Origin: Aphanothece hegewaldii CCALA 016
GTDB lineage: Bacteria; Cyanobacteriota; Cyanobacteriia; Cyanobacteriales; Microcystaceae
Reading direction: 5' to 3'
DNA: 40,000 nt
Assembly: GCF_003007785.1 (NCBI RefSeq)
Contig: NZ_PXOH01000014.1
Location: forward strand, 79,961 to 119,960
Part shown: positions 1 to 8,812 of the stretch, piece after piece
Numbering within the stretch: position 1 is the first letter of the stretch
Layout: every line of letters starts with the position of its first letter
Position numbers and translations under genes: made by a program
Notes under the pieces: model-generated
Databases searched by the model: none
Told to the model about the DNA's origin: nothing
Seen by the model: the letters and a program-made list of their open reading frames with translations, nothing else

Positions 1-1
1 A

Positions 2-940
2 AAAGGGATTGAGATTGTCGCCGATGTTATATTCAAGAATGATTTATCGCAAGAACTAACAGAAGGACAAGAAAAACTCGCCGAGGTTTTAATTCTTTCT
101 AACTCACGTCTAATTGGTTCAACTCTAAAAGAATTACGATTCAGACAACGTTATAATGCTACGGTTTTAGCCATTCGTCGTGGTGAAGAATTAGTGCGAG
201 AAAGACTAGGAAAAGTTTCTCTAAGATTTGGTGATTTATTATTAGTTCAAGGTCCAAAAGATAGTTTTATCGGTTTACAAACAACCCGTGAATTATTAGT
301 ACTTGAGCAAAGAGATGTCGAAACATTAAAATCGAGTAAAGCTTGGATATCTGTAGCTATTATTTCAGGGGTTGTTCTTTTAGCAGCTTTTGAGATTTTA
401 CCCATTTTAGTTAGTTCTCTCATTGGTGTAATTTTGATGGTTTTAACGGGTTGTCTCAAACCTGGTGAACTTTATGGGAGTATACGCTGGGATGTAATTT
501 TCCTCCTTGCGGGATTAATTCCATTAGGTACAGCAATGGATAACTCTGGTGCTACTGAATGGTTAGCAAAAGGTTTAGTTTCATTAGGAGGAAGTTTATC
601 GGGTTTTTGGATCTTATTTTTCTTCTATGTCATTACCTCTTTATTAACTGAGATTCTCTCAAATAATGCAGCCGTCGTTTTAATGATTCCCATCGCTGTT
701 AAAGTAGCAGAAACTCTTAATCTCAATCCTTATGCTTTTATGATTGCGATTACTTTTGCTGCATCAAATAGCTTTATGACTCCCATTGGCTATCAAACGA
801 ATACGATGGTTTATGGTGCGGGAGGTTATAAATTTATGGATTTTGTTAAAATCGGTGCACCCATGAATATATTATTAGCCATTGTCGCCCCAATTCTAAT
901 TACTTGGTGGTTTGGTTTAGCACCAATACCAAAACCGTAA
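2..940 (+). CDS. SLC13/DASS-superfamily permease with a cytoplasmic TrkA-C (RCK_C) domain; 5' end lies outside the window
   Basis: The frame of the listed ORF 194..940 stays open back to position 2. Residues translated from 2..330 (LAEVLILSNSRLIGSTLKELRFRQRYNATVLAIRRGEELV...LRFGDLLLVQGPKDSF) fit the TrkA-C/RCK_C pattern. They are followed by hydrophobic transporter helices of the CitT/ArsB type. Confidence 0.8.
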   Translation, partial: KGIEIVADVIFKNDLSQELTEGQEKLAEVLILSNSRLIGSTLKELRFRQRYNATVLAIRRGEELVRERLGKVSLRFGDLLLVQGPKDSFIGLQTTRELLVLEQRDVETLKSSKAWISVAIISGVVLLAAFEILPILVSSLIGVILMVLTGCLKPGELYGSIRWDVIFLLAGLIPLGTAMDNSGATEWLAKGLVSLGGSLSGFWILFFFYVITSLLTEILSNNAAVVLMIPIAVKVAETLNLNPYAFMIAITFAASNSFMTPIGYQTNTMVYGAGGYKFMDFVKIGAPMNILLAIVAPILITWWFGLAPIPKP

Positions 941-1047
941 TCTACAACACAATTATCAAAGGGAAACTGAGCAATTTTTCGGCTCTGTATTATCCCTTTG
1001 GTATTATTTTAAAGTTTTTATGTTATCTTAAGGATGAAACTAGAGTA

Positions 1048-1192
1048 AGTCAGCCTAATTCTATTAATAGATAGAAGCGGAGGAACCACATCAGGGGCGT
1101 ATTTCTATATTGATTTAAGACAATCATTATAGAGAAGGATATCTCCTAATCCTAGCCCGTCAGCTAACTTCGTCGGCATCAGGGGAAGACTG
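1048..1192 (+). promoter_or_regulatory. c-di-AMP riboswitch (ydaO-yuaA class)
   Basis: Both pseudo-symmetric halves of the ydaO motif are visible: aGCCtAAUtC...GCGGAGGAACC...GGGG, then a hairpin (tatattgatt/aatcattata), then CCUAAUCC...CCCGuCAGCUAACUUCGucGGCAuc.AGGGGAAG. This closely parallels the remembered consensus ACGGAGGAACC...GGGG and CCCGACAGCUAACUCCGGAGGCAAUAAAGGAAG. It sits in the 486-nt gap upstream of a transporter gene. The outer boundaries are approximate. Confidence 0.7.
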
Positions 1193-1426
1193 AACAATCA
1201 CTTCATTTCTAATCTAATGTTTTGATGATTTCAGTCAATTATTATATTACTTGTACGGCTCAGTTATCGGCTTATTTTTTTAACTGATAAATTTGCTCGG
1301 TTCTGTTTCGATATTAATTAGGTGTGACATTTTAGTTTTGCGCTCCGATTCTACACAATTAAGTTAGTCTAATTTTCTGACGACTTATTGTAAAAATATT
1401 GTCTAAATTTTGCACGCTTTAATTAA

Positions 1427-2770
1427 ATGTCTACAGAAAACATACAAGCTATTATTGCTGCTGCTACTTTTATTGGTGCGATCGTTCTAATTATGTTAGA
1501 ACAATTACACATTACTGTCATTGCTTTACTGGGTGCTTTAATCCTTGTTTTTACTCACGTAATGACACTCAATGAAGCAGTAGGATACATCAGTCGAAGT
1601 CATGCGACACTTGCTTTATTTTTTGGGGTAATGGTATTGGTTCGCTCTTTTGAACCGACTAAAATTTTTGATTATTTAGCCACCCAAATTGTAACAATAG
1701 CCAAAGGTCAAGGAAAATTATTATTACTGGGAATTGTAGCGATTACTACGCCAATTTGTGCAGTATTACCAAATGCAACAACAGTCATGTTACTTGCGCC
1801 CTTAATTCCTCCTATTGCTCAAGATATTGGCATTGATTTTATTCCGTTGCTGATTTTAATGGTTTTTATCGCTAATAGTTCTGGTTTATTAACCTTAGTC
1901 GGTGATCCTGCTACTTTTATTGTCGGTGATGCGATTAATATAACTTTTGTCGAATATCTACAAAAATTAAGTTTAGGAGGTGCGATCGCTGTTTTAACGG
2001 TTACACTAATGTTACCTTGGTTATTCCCGAAAATTTGGCGGACTAAATTTGAGCATTTAGAAGATTTACCCCATCCTGAAATTAATCATCCTAAAGTCTT
2101 AGCATTAGGTGGAATTTTAATCGCATTTGTCCTCATCTTTTTTGTCATTGGAGAATCATTTCCTGTTCCCATTTCTCCTGCTGCGGTGGCTTTATTTGGG
2201 GCTACATTCGCCTTACTTTTAGCCCATCAAAGTAAAATTGATACCGTACAAAATATCCTCAAAGATGTTGACTGGAGTACACTGATCTTTTTTATGTGTA
2301 TTTTTGTACTAATCGGTGGATTAGAAAAAACAGGTGTAATTAATGGTTTATCTGGAATACTCGCCAGTATTCTCGGAAAAAATATTGCATTAGGTTCACT
2401 TGTTTTACTGGTTGTTGTTGGTTTACTGTCTAGTGTCGTGCCAAATATACCTCTAGTTGTAGCAATGGTTCCACTTTTAAAACAATATTTAGTTAATGTC
2501 GGATTTGTCGGTACAGAAGTCTTAGATCCTAGCTATTCGGGACAATTTCCGCCAGAAGTATTACCACTTTTCTACGCTATGATGTATGGTGCGACACTTG
2601 GGGGAAATGGTACATTAGTCGGCGCGTCCTCAAATATTGTTGCAGCAGGGATCGCGGAACAACACGGGGGAAAAATGACCTTTAGAACCTTTTTAAAATA
2701 TGGAATCCCTGTTATGATCATGCAATTACTAACAGCCAGCATCTATGTAATTATTGTTTTTTTATTATAA
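1427..2770 (+). CDS. ArsB/NhaD-superfamily (SLC13-like) ion/anion permease
   Basis: A 447-aa polytopic membrane protein with the two-repeat hairpin architecture of CitMHS/ArsB/NhaD permeases (DPATFIVG, DWSTLIFFMCIFVLIGGLEKTG, GGNGTLVGASSNIV). It has no RCK_C domain. Confidence 0.8.
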   Translation: MSTENIQAIIAAATFIGAIVLIMLEQLHITVIALLGALILVFTHVMTLNEAVGYISRSHATLALFFGVMVLVRSFEPTKIFDYLATQIVTIAKGQGKLLLLGIVAITTPICAVLPNATTVMLLAPLIPPIAQDIGIDFIPLLILMVFIANSSGLLTLVGDPATFIVGDAINITFVEYLQKLSLGGAIAVLTVTLMLPWLFPKIWRTKFEHLEDLPHPEINHPKVLALGGILIAFVLIFFVIGESFPVPISPAAVALFGATFALLLAHQSKIDTVQNILKDVDWSTLIFFMCIFVLIGGLEKTGVINGLSGILASILGKNIALGSLVLLVVVGLLSSVVPNIPLVVAMVPLLKQYLVNVGFVGTEVLDPSYSGQFPPEVLPLFYAMMYGATLGGNGTLVGASSNIVAAGIAEQHGGKMTFRTFLKYGIPVMIMQLLTASIYVIIVFLL

Positions 2771-2785
2771 ATATTACTTAATCTT

Positions 2786-3394
2786 ATGGAGTTAAAATTC
2801 TCTCACGAATTAGAAACACTGTTAAAGAAATTAGCCGATCAACCTTTAACGATTAGAGAACTTTTAGACGGAACATCAGAAAAAGGGTTAATGTTACTTT
2901 CGGGTTTATTCGCCTTTCCTTTCCTCTTACCGATGCCCCCAGGAGTATCTAGTATTTTAGGTGGAAGTTGCTTTCTGCTTTCATTACAGTTAGCTTTGGG
3001 TAAAAAAGATCTTTGGCTACCGAAAAAACTCGCTAATTTTCGCTTTCCCGATAAAATCATTTATCCCCTACTCAGATTTATCAAAAAGCTAAGTCTAGGG
3101 TTTGAAAAAATTACCGCACCACGCCTCAAAGTGATCGCTAAAAATCCCTATATTTGGCGTATTAACGGAATTTGGATCGCATGGCTGGCTATTTTATTAA
3201 TGTTACCTATTCCCCTAACCAACCCTTTACCCACAATTGGCATTGTGTTACTGGTGATCGCCACCATCGAATCAGATGGCTTATTGATGTGTGTCGCTTA
3301 TCTTTGGAGTATAATAGTTAGTCTTCTCTTTATTCTCATGCCCACCCTTTTAGTTAGATGGGCAGAACAATTAATACAACAATTTTTTGGCTAA
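2786..3394 (+). CDS. ExoD family exopolysaccharide-synthesis membrane protein
   Basis: The 202-aa protein has the ExoD layout: LTIRELLDGTSEKGLMLLSGLFAFPFLLPMPPGVSSILG, then LWLPKKL, then PRL...IWRINGIWIAWLAILLMLPIPLTNPLPTIGIVLLVIATIESDG. Confidence 0.8.
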   Translation: MELKFSHELETLLKKLADQPLTIRELLDGTSEKGLMLLSGLFAFPFLLPMPPGVSSILGGSCFLLSLQLALGKKDLWLPKKLANFRFPDKIIYPLLRFIKKLSLGFEKITAPRLKVIAKNPYIWRINGIWIAWLAILLMLPIPLTNPLPTIGIVLLVIATIESDGLLMCVAYLWSIIVSLLFILMPTLLVRWAEQLIQQFFG

Positions 3395-3397
3395 AAC

Positions 3398-4171
3398 ATG
3401 GATGTTATCCCCGCGATCGACTTACTAGATGGACGTTGTGTGCGCTTGTACCAAGGAGATTATGAAAAATCGCAAGTTTTTAATGAAAATCCTCTAGAAG
3501 TCGCCCGTCAATGGGTAGAACAAGGTGCTACTCGTCTGCATTTAGTTGATTTAGATGGCGCAAAACAGGGCAAACCCATTAATTTACCCACCATTGCCAA
3601 GATTGTTCAAGAAATACCGATCCCAGTACAAGTCGGCGGAGGATTACGAGATTTTCAAAGCGTCGCTAATTTACTAAAGTTAGGCGTAGAACGAGCTATT
3701 TTAGGAACCATTGCCGTCGAAAAAGTTAGCATAGTTGAGCAACTTTGTCAAGCATTTCCTCATCAAATTGTTGTCGGCATTGATGCCCGTAATGGAAAAG
3801 TAGCAACCAAAGGATGGCTCGAAACCTCAGAAGTTAACGCCACCGACTTAGCCCAACAAATGGAATCTTTAGGCGTTGCGGCAATCATTTTTACTGATAT
3901 TCATCGAGATGGCACCCTAAGCGGGCCAAATCTAGAATCTCTGCGCGAGTTAGCCCATGCCGTCAATATTCCGATTATTGCTTCTGGTGGTGTTAGTTCA
4001 CTCACCGATTTACTCAGTTTACTGTCTCTTGAACCATTGGGCGTAACGGGGGCTATTGTCGGCAAGGCTTTGTATACGGGTGATCTCAGTTTATCAGAAG
4101 CGATTCAAGCAGTAGGTCAAGGTCGTTGGCAGGATGTACCGCCTAACTTGGGTTTTTCGTCTTTCGCATGA
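3398..4171 (+). CDS. hisA: 1-(5-phosphoribosyl)-5-[(5-phosphoribosylamino)methylideneamino]imidazole-4-carboxamide isomerase
   Basis: The N-terminus [22 protein letters not shown], then [17 protein letters not shown] and ASGGVSS, give the canonical HisA TIM-barrel signature. Length 257 aa. Confidence 0.95.
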   Translation: MDVIPAIDLLDGRCVRLYQGDYEKSQVFNENPLEVARQWVEQGATRLHLVDLDGAKQGKPINLPTIAKIVQEIPIPVQVGGGLRDFQSVANLLKLGVERAILGTIAVEKVSIVEQLCQAFPHQIVVGIDARNGKVATKGWLETSEVNATDLAQQMESLGVAAIIFTDIHRDGTLSGPNLESLRELAHAVNIPIIASGGVSSLTDLLSLLSLEPLGVTGAIVGKALYTGDLSLSEAIQAVGQGRWQDVPPNLGFSSFA

Positions 4172-4173
4172 GA

Positions 4174-6036
4174 TTAACCAACGCTTTGAAAGAAGTTTTC
4201 GGTGACATATTCACCAATATTTAAACCAGTGGGTAAGGAATCAATAACCGTCGCTTCTCTCGTGTGAACCCCGCCATAAATCCGACTAAGCGCGTTTTCA
4301 TAAGCCGCCTCATAAAAACTATCAAAGCTACGCTGCACACTTGGTAATTCTTGGGAAACAGCCGTAAAGTTGTAGTCTTCGCCAAAGAAATGATTCATCA
4401 CGCCAGCCCATGCTCCACCAAAAATCGAATGACCCGAAATATAATCAGGAAAAGGAGGTGTATTAAGCAAGGGTTGCCAATTGGGATCGCCTACAGTAGA
4501 AGCCATACCATCATTAGCAGCAATTCCTCCAGCAATCACATCTTCGGGTCGAGGCTGCATATATTTGTACTTAGCTTCCCAGGCAACGATCGCCGCGTCT
4601 GCTATCGCCACATTCAACGCAGCAAATAAACGAGCATTATCTAAGATAGAATTTCCTTCTCTAATAGCAATTTCTTCAGTAATTTGATTTAATTGCCCAT
4701 AGGGACGAAACGTATCTGCGCGATCGTAAGCCCAAAACACAGCAATTTCCGTTTGATCAGCCGTACGAGTGAGTGTGGTTAGATCCGTGTTATTTCTGCC
4801 GCCAAAATGACGAACTTCTTCAATTTCTTGGGCATATAGTATCGGATCGACAGTGGGAGCGCAATCCATCCCATTAGGCGAAAAATCCGCCATACTAGGA
4901 ATGGCAAACGTTTTTACTTTTCCCCAATTTGCCCCAACAGCTAAAAAATCTGGTGCTTTAGGATGCCAAATATAGTCACCAGTGGGCGGAATATAGGGAT
5001 CGTCATTATCTGAGCCATCACTAGATCGTAAAAAGAGAAGTCTATTAGCGATCGCTCGTCCGAATTCTTCACCTATCAATTCATTCGCGGGTAAGTCATT
5101 GATTTCTTTATTGAGAGAATGAGACAGTTGTTGATCTAAAAAAGAAGCTTGTTTAGGTATTAAAGTGGTTAATACTTGATGGGCAGCACCAGCAACAGAA
5201 GCGGATAGAGAAGCATTAGCAGGAGCAACCAGATCAAGGGCATAAGCATTACGGTTTGATTGAAAGGCGTTTACTGTGTCATATATTGCCGTAGACAGGA
5301 TAGCGAGTAAGCGAGAGCCTACAGTGGGTGGAATTCCTCGCCCCGCCTCACCTTCAGCTTGAATGGCATTTAAAGCGGCGGCATTCCAATCAATAACGAC
5401 ATCTGTTCCTGGTGCCGAAAGCAGTTTACTGGCGCGATTATTCTCTTCGTTGCGTTCTAAGATCTGATTTTTCGTGTCAACTTTTGCGATTAGATAATAT
5501 GAACCAGGGGCGATCGCAGAAGTATTATTTTGATATTTGAATGATATATTTTTGGACTCGTCAGCACTTAAGTTAATTTTGCTAATTTTACTGGTCAGCA
5601 ATACATCATTTTGATCTATATTTTCATCAGTGGAAAGCCAAAGCTTAATTTTTACGTCTCCAATAGCGATCGCATTTCCTTTATTGATCACTTTCACTTC
5701 AACTTTACCGAAATCGCCAAAATCGATCGTATCTGGTAATTCAATCGAGCTTATTTTCACTATTAGGTCGGGTTGTCCTTGAGTGGTGAGGCTTGCTAAA
5801 CTCAGAGAATCAACTGAATAATTAGCCTCTTCAAGCTTCACGGAGGAATCTGGCGATGATAAAGGCTGTTGTTCAACTAATAGGATTTTAGACGTTTCTT
5901 GGCTCTTAGCTTGTTGTTCTGTAACATTAGATGACACTGTAGCAACAGAAAGATTCTCGTCAAGAAACAGACTGGTTAAGTTTTCGCCAAAAAGAGAATT
6001 TAAAGCATTCATAAAAATGATAATCCTTATCTTCAT
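4174..6036 (-). CDS. PAP2-superfamily / vanadium-dependent haloperoxidase-like protein with an N-terminal CARDB-like beta-sandwich domain
   Basis: The C-terminal half carries the three acid-phosphatase/V-haloperoxidase motifs: KYKYMQPRP, PDYISGHS and SRIYGGVHTREAT. The N-terminal 90-200 aa (DLIVKISSIELP...VKVINKGN...PGSYYLIAKVDTKNQILERNEENN) resemble a CARDB domain. An alternative start is the Met at 6012. Confidence 0.7.
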   Translation of the reverse strand: MKIRIIIFMNALNSLFGENLTSLFLDENLSVATVSSNVTEQQAKSQETSKILLVEQQPLSSPDSSVKLEEANYSVDSLSLASLTTQGQPDLIVKISSIELPDTIDFGDFGKVEVKVINKGNAIAIGDVKIKLWLSTDENIDQNDVLLTSKISKINLSADESKNISFKYQNNTSAIAPGSYYLIAKVDTKNQILERNEENNRASKLLSAPGTDVVIDWNAAALNAIQAEGEAGRGIPPTVGSRLLAILSTAIYDTVNAFQSNRNAYALDLVAPANASLSASVAGAAHQVLTTLIPKQASFLDQQLSHSLNKEINDLPANELIGEEFGRAIANRLLFLRSSDGSDNDDPYIPPTGDYIWHPKAPDFLAVGANWGKVKTFAIPSMADFSPNGMDCAPTVDPILYAQEIEEVRHFGGRNNTDLTTLTRTADQTEIAVFWAYDRADTFRPYGQLNQITEEIAIREGNSILDNARLFAALNVAIADAAIVAWEAKYKYMQPRPEDVIAGGIAANDGMASTVGDPNWQPLLNTPPFPDYISGHSIFGGAWAGVMNHFFGEDYNFTAVSQELPSVQRSFDSFYEAAYENALSRIYGGVHTREATVIDSLPTGLNIGEYVTENFFQSVG

Positions 6037-6340
6037 TTACAAAGATGATTGTTTAGACTAAATTGGCTTCGGTATTTAGATAATAATCACAAAAATAATC
6101 CGAGAAGAGCGAATAATGCAAGTAAATAAAGATTAAATATTGTTGTGATGATGTATATTCTTACCCGTGGTTTGTAGAATGCTAAAGTCGGAATGTTTTT
6201 TTAATCATTTCAGGTTTTTCTACTAAATCAGTCACCAATACCCTATGCAAAAAATCTGTAGGGATTTGAAAATCCAACCCTTGCTTAGTTTAAAATGCTT
6301 TAAAAGACAAGATTGTATTAACAAAAATTTATATTTTTTT

Positions 6341-6378
6341 AAATAAAAAAAATCCCGCAATGGTTAGAATGCGGGAGA
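6341..6378 (-). terminator. Rho-independent terminator of the 6385..7197 gene
   Basis: On the minus strand there is a 7-bp stem tcccgca/tgcggga (6353-6359 and 6370-6376) with a 10-nt loop. A T8 run (6343-6352 on the + strand as A-run) follows, 8 nt after the stop codon. Confidence 0.7.
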
Positions 6379-6384
6379 TTATTT

Positions 6385-7197
6385 TTAGCGTTTTGCTTCT
6401 TTAAGATTTCCTGACATCAGACCTTGCGCCCGTAAACCTAGCCAACCAATGACACTGTAGCCTATAGCTAACATTAAACTACTTAAACAAATTCGTAACC
6501 ATTGTTTGAGGGATTCAATATTAGCCTGATTTTCTGCATTGCGTCTACGCTCTTCTAATTGAGTTCCCAGTTGATTTTTAATCTCTTCGCGTCTTTTTTT
6601 AAATTCTGCTGGTTTTTGCGCCAAATCTCTTAGGTTTTGTAGCTGATCTCTTTGTTGGCGAAGCTGTACTAACTGTTGTTCTGTTAGAGGACGACCTTGA
6701 AACTGTCCACTTTCAATTACTTGTGTCCGTTGTGCAATTTCTTGATTTAATAATTGTGGATTTTGGGACAAAGAGTTTAAATTTGCTAAAAATTGTTTAA
6801 TTTGCTCTCCGCCTTGATCAGCCCCTTTTTGAATTTGCTCTAAAGCATTAGTTTTGACTTGATTAATATTGTTAAAATGAATCGGAATCAACAATAGAAA
6901 AATTAATCCTAACAAACTCGCTAGAATAAAAGAAAAAATTCTTAAAAAGGTTGTGGGTTTAGCGTTAGCTGCTGAAATATTAAGGGTACTATCAATCCAA
7001 CTAGCGATTATAATCAACGCCATTCCTACCATCGGAACAATCCCTCGATCAACAATAGCAGTTACGAAACCGATCTGCCATTGTGGATTCTGCCACTGGA
7101 GAGGGATAGCAAAGGTCAAGGTATCCAGTAAAAAGGAGAGAATAAAAATTAACCCAGCTAATTTGAGACAAAGAGTCGTGTATTTTGAAATGTTCAT
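6385..7197 (-). CDS. Membrane protein with N-terminal TM helices, a Gln/Arg-rich coiled coil and a C-terminal TM helix (possibly HpsJ-like; function unknown)
   Basis: A 270-aa ORF with a clear hydrophobic N-terminal third, the coiled-coil stretch QQLVQLRQQRDQLQNLRDLAQKPAEFKKRREEIKNQLGTQLEERRRNAENQ, and a terminal TM helix. It has its own terminator. The family name is a weak recollection only. Confidence 0.65.
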   Translation of the reverse strand: MNISKYTTLCLKLAGLIFILSFLLDTLTFAIPLQWQNPQWQIGFVTAIVDRGIVPMVGMALIIIASWIDSTLNISAANAKPTTFLRIFSFILASLLGLIFLLLIPIHFNNINQVKTNALEQIQKGADQGGEQIKQFLANLNSLSQNPQLLNQEIAQRTQVIESGQFQGRPLTEQQLVQLRQQRDQLQNLRDLAQKPAEFKKRREEIKNQLGTQLEERRRNAENQANIESLKQWLRICLSSLMLAIGYSVIGWLGLRAQGLMSGNLKEAKR

Positions 7198-7596
7198 CGC
7201 TTTTTATCAGTTGAGTTCATGAAGTTTAGTTAGACCTTTGTGAATCTATTAGAGTTAATCTAGTAATCTCTTTCTATTCAAGAGTTACAAAAGAAGAAAC
7301 GGTTAAGCTTGATAGCCAAACCTTAGAAAAACCTAAAAATCAAGTCAAATCACCTTCAATTGGTTTATTCTACTTTGATAGTAGGCTAAAAAGAAAGCAA
7401 TATGGATTATAGATTACACTAGGCGAAGAAGGAAGCTAATTGGTGAAATGCCATCTATGAAATCACATTAGATTTCCCCAATATATATAGTATAGGCAAA
7501 ATGGAATTCACCCAAAATTTGTTTTTTTAAGCTTGTTTAACTAATCATAAATACTAGCCCATGAATGACACATTTTACTAAATTGATGAAAAATCT

Positions 7597-8319
7597 ATGA
7601 AAAAACAAGTAATCACCTTAAACGATAAAGAATCTCTCGTTCAACAAGGATTAACGCTAGTTCTTGAGAAAATAAATCAAGCTATTCAACAAAGAGGAGA
7701 ATGTACTCTCGTTTTATCGGGTGGAAGTACGCCAAAACCACTTTATGAAGCACTTGCCGAACAATCTCTCCCCTGGGATAAAATTTATATTTTTTGGGGA
7801 GATGAGCGTTATGTGAGTCCCGATGATCCTGATAGTAATCAAGGAATGACCCGAAAAGCAATGCTCGATCGCATAGAAATTCCCGCAAGTAATATTTATG
7901 GGATGCCGACGGATAGTAATGATCCCGCTCTTGATGCTCAAAAATACGAAACCGCGCTCCAAGAGTATTTTAAGGTGTCTTGGGGTGAATTTCCCGCTTT
8001 TGATGTTGTTTTGTTAGGAATGGGAGATGATGGTCATACGGCTTCACTGTTTCCTCATACCGAGGCTTTACACGTGAGCGATCGTTTGATTACGGTGGGA
8101 AGTAAAGACGGACAACCGCGTTTAACCTTTACCGCTTCTTTAATTAATCATGCCCGTTGTGTGATTTTTTTGGTAGCAGGAGCGAGTAAACAAACTGCTC
8201 TAGCTGAGGTTTTTGCGCCCGATGGTGATGCGATGACTTATCCGTCACGACTCATTCAACCAGAAGGTGAACTTTGGTGGCTTTTGGATCGAAGAGCCGC
8301 AGAAAACTTAGATCTTTAA
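7597..8319 (+). CDS. pgl: 6-phosphogluconolactonase
   Basis: The motifs LVLSGGSTPKPLYEAL, IFWGDERYV and LLGMGDDGHTASLFP are the standard Pgl/NagB-family signature. Length 240 aa. Confidence 0.9.
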   Translation: MKKQVITLNDKESLVQQGLTLVLEKINQAIQQRGECTLVLSGGSTPKPLYEALAEQSLPWDKIYIFWGDERYVSPDDPDSNQGMTRKAMLDRIEIPASNIYGMPTDSNDPALDAQKYETALQEYFKVSWGEFPAFDVVLLGMGDDGHTASLFPHTEALHVSDRLITVGSKDGQPRLTFTASLINHARCVIFLVAGASKQTALAEVFAPDGDAMTYPSRLIQPEGELWWLLDRRAAENLDL

Positions 8320-8812
8320 ATTTTCCTTTCTCTTTTTTCGGCTTTGGATGACTATCCTAGAAATAGGAGTTTGATTAAATCAAAAAAATATTAATTAAAC
8401 TTCATTAAATGTAACTAGCCTAAATAACTTCAATCAGTTATAATTAGGTAAGTTGCCGAAAACCAAGGCTTAATAATTTTCGGTTTGTAAACCGCAGTCG
8501 AGTTAAAACTAACCAGCCTGAAGAAAAGGTCAAACGGAAGCCCACGCTTTGTTAAATAGGTTGAAAATAATGGATAACCAAAGACTAAAAGATTCAAACA
8601 AAATTTTAATTTATACATTTTTAATTTATACATAGGGAGGGCTACTCCCAAATTAACGCTTGTGGACAAGAAGAGGCCGACCTCCTTGGTTGAAGCAAGA
8701 AGCAGACTCTTCAGAAGTAATTCTGATTAAATGGGAAGACTTAAATAAGTTTGACCAAGTTTTGTATAGCAGGACTTGTCTTTCAATAAAAGTAGGACGA
8801 CAAAAAATCATT

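Noticed and set aside
1048-1192. Alternative identities for the structured RNA: a yybP-ykoY Mn2+ riboswitch, SRP RNA or a cobalamin riboswitch.
   Set aside because: It has no B12 box and no SRP GGAA/AGCA domain-IV motif. The CAGCUAAC and GGAGGAACC blocks and the two-fold repeat fit only the ydaO class.
1193-1426. An intrinsic terminator serving as the riboswitch expression platform; a U7 run lies at about 1274-1280.
   Set aside because: I could not find a stable GC-containing stem immediately upstream of the U-run, only a 5-bp AT-rich pairing (ttatc/gataa). It is left unannotated.
8430-8669. A 79-aa intergenic ORF on the minus strand, and likewise the 70-aa ORF at 10291..10503.
   Set aside because: Both are AT-rich with low-complexity translations (MYKLKMYKLK comes from a 14-15-nt tandem duplication at 8604-8632). 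They have no convincing RBS and no recognisable motif, so they are probably non-coding spacer.
8660-8812. A TTG-initiated 51-aa N-terminal extension of the M50 protease.
   Set aside because: The extension has no M50-like sequence. The ATG at 8813 gives the typical start just before the first TM helix.
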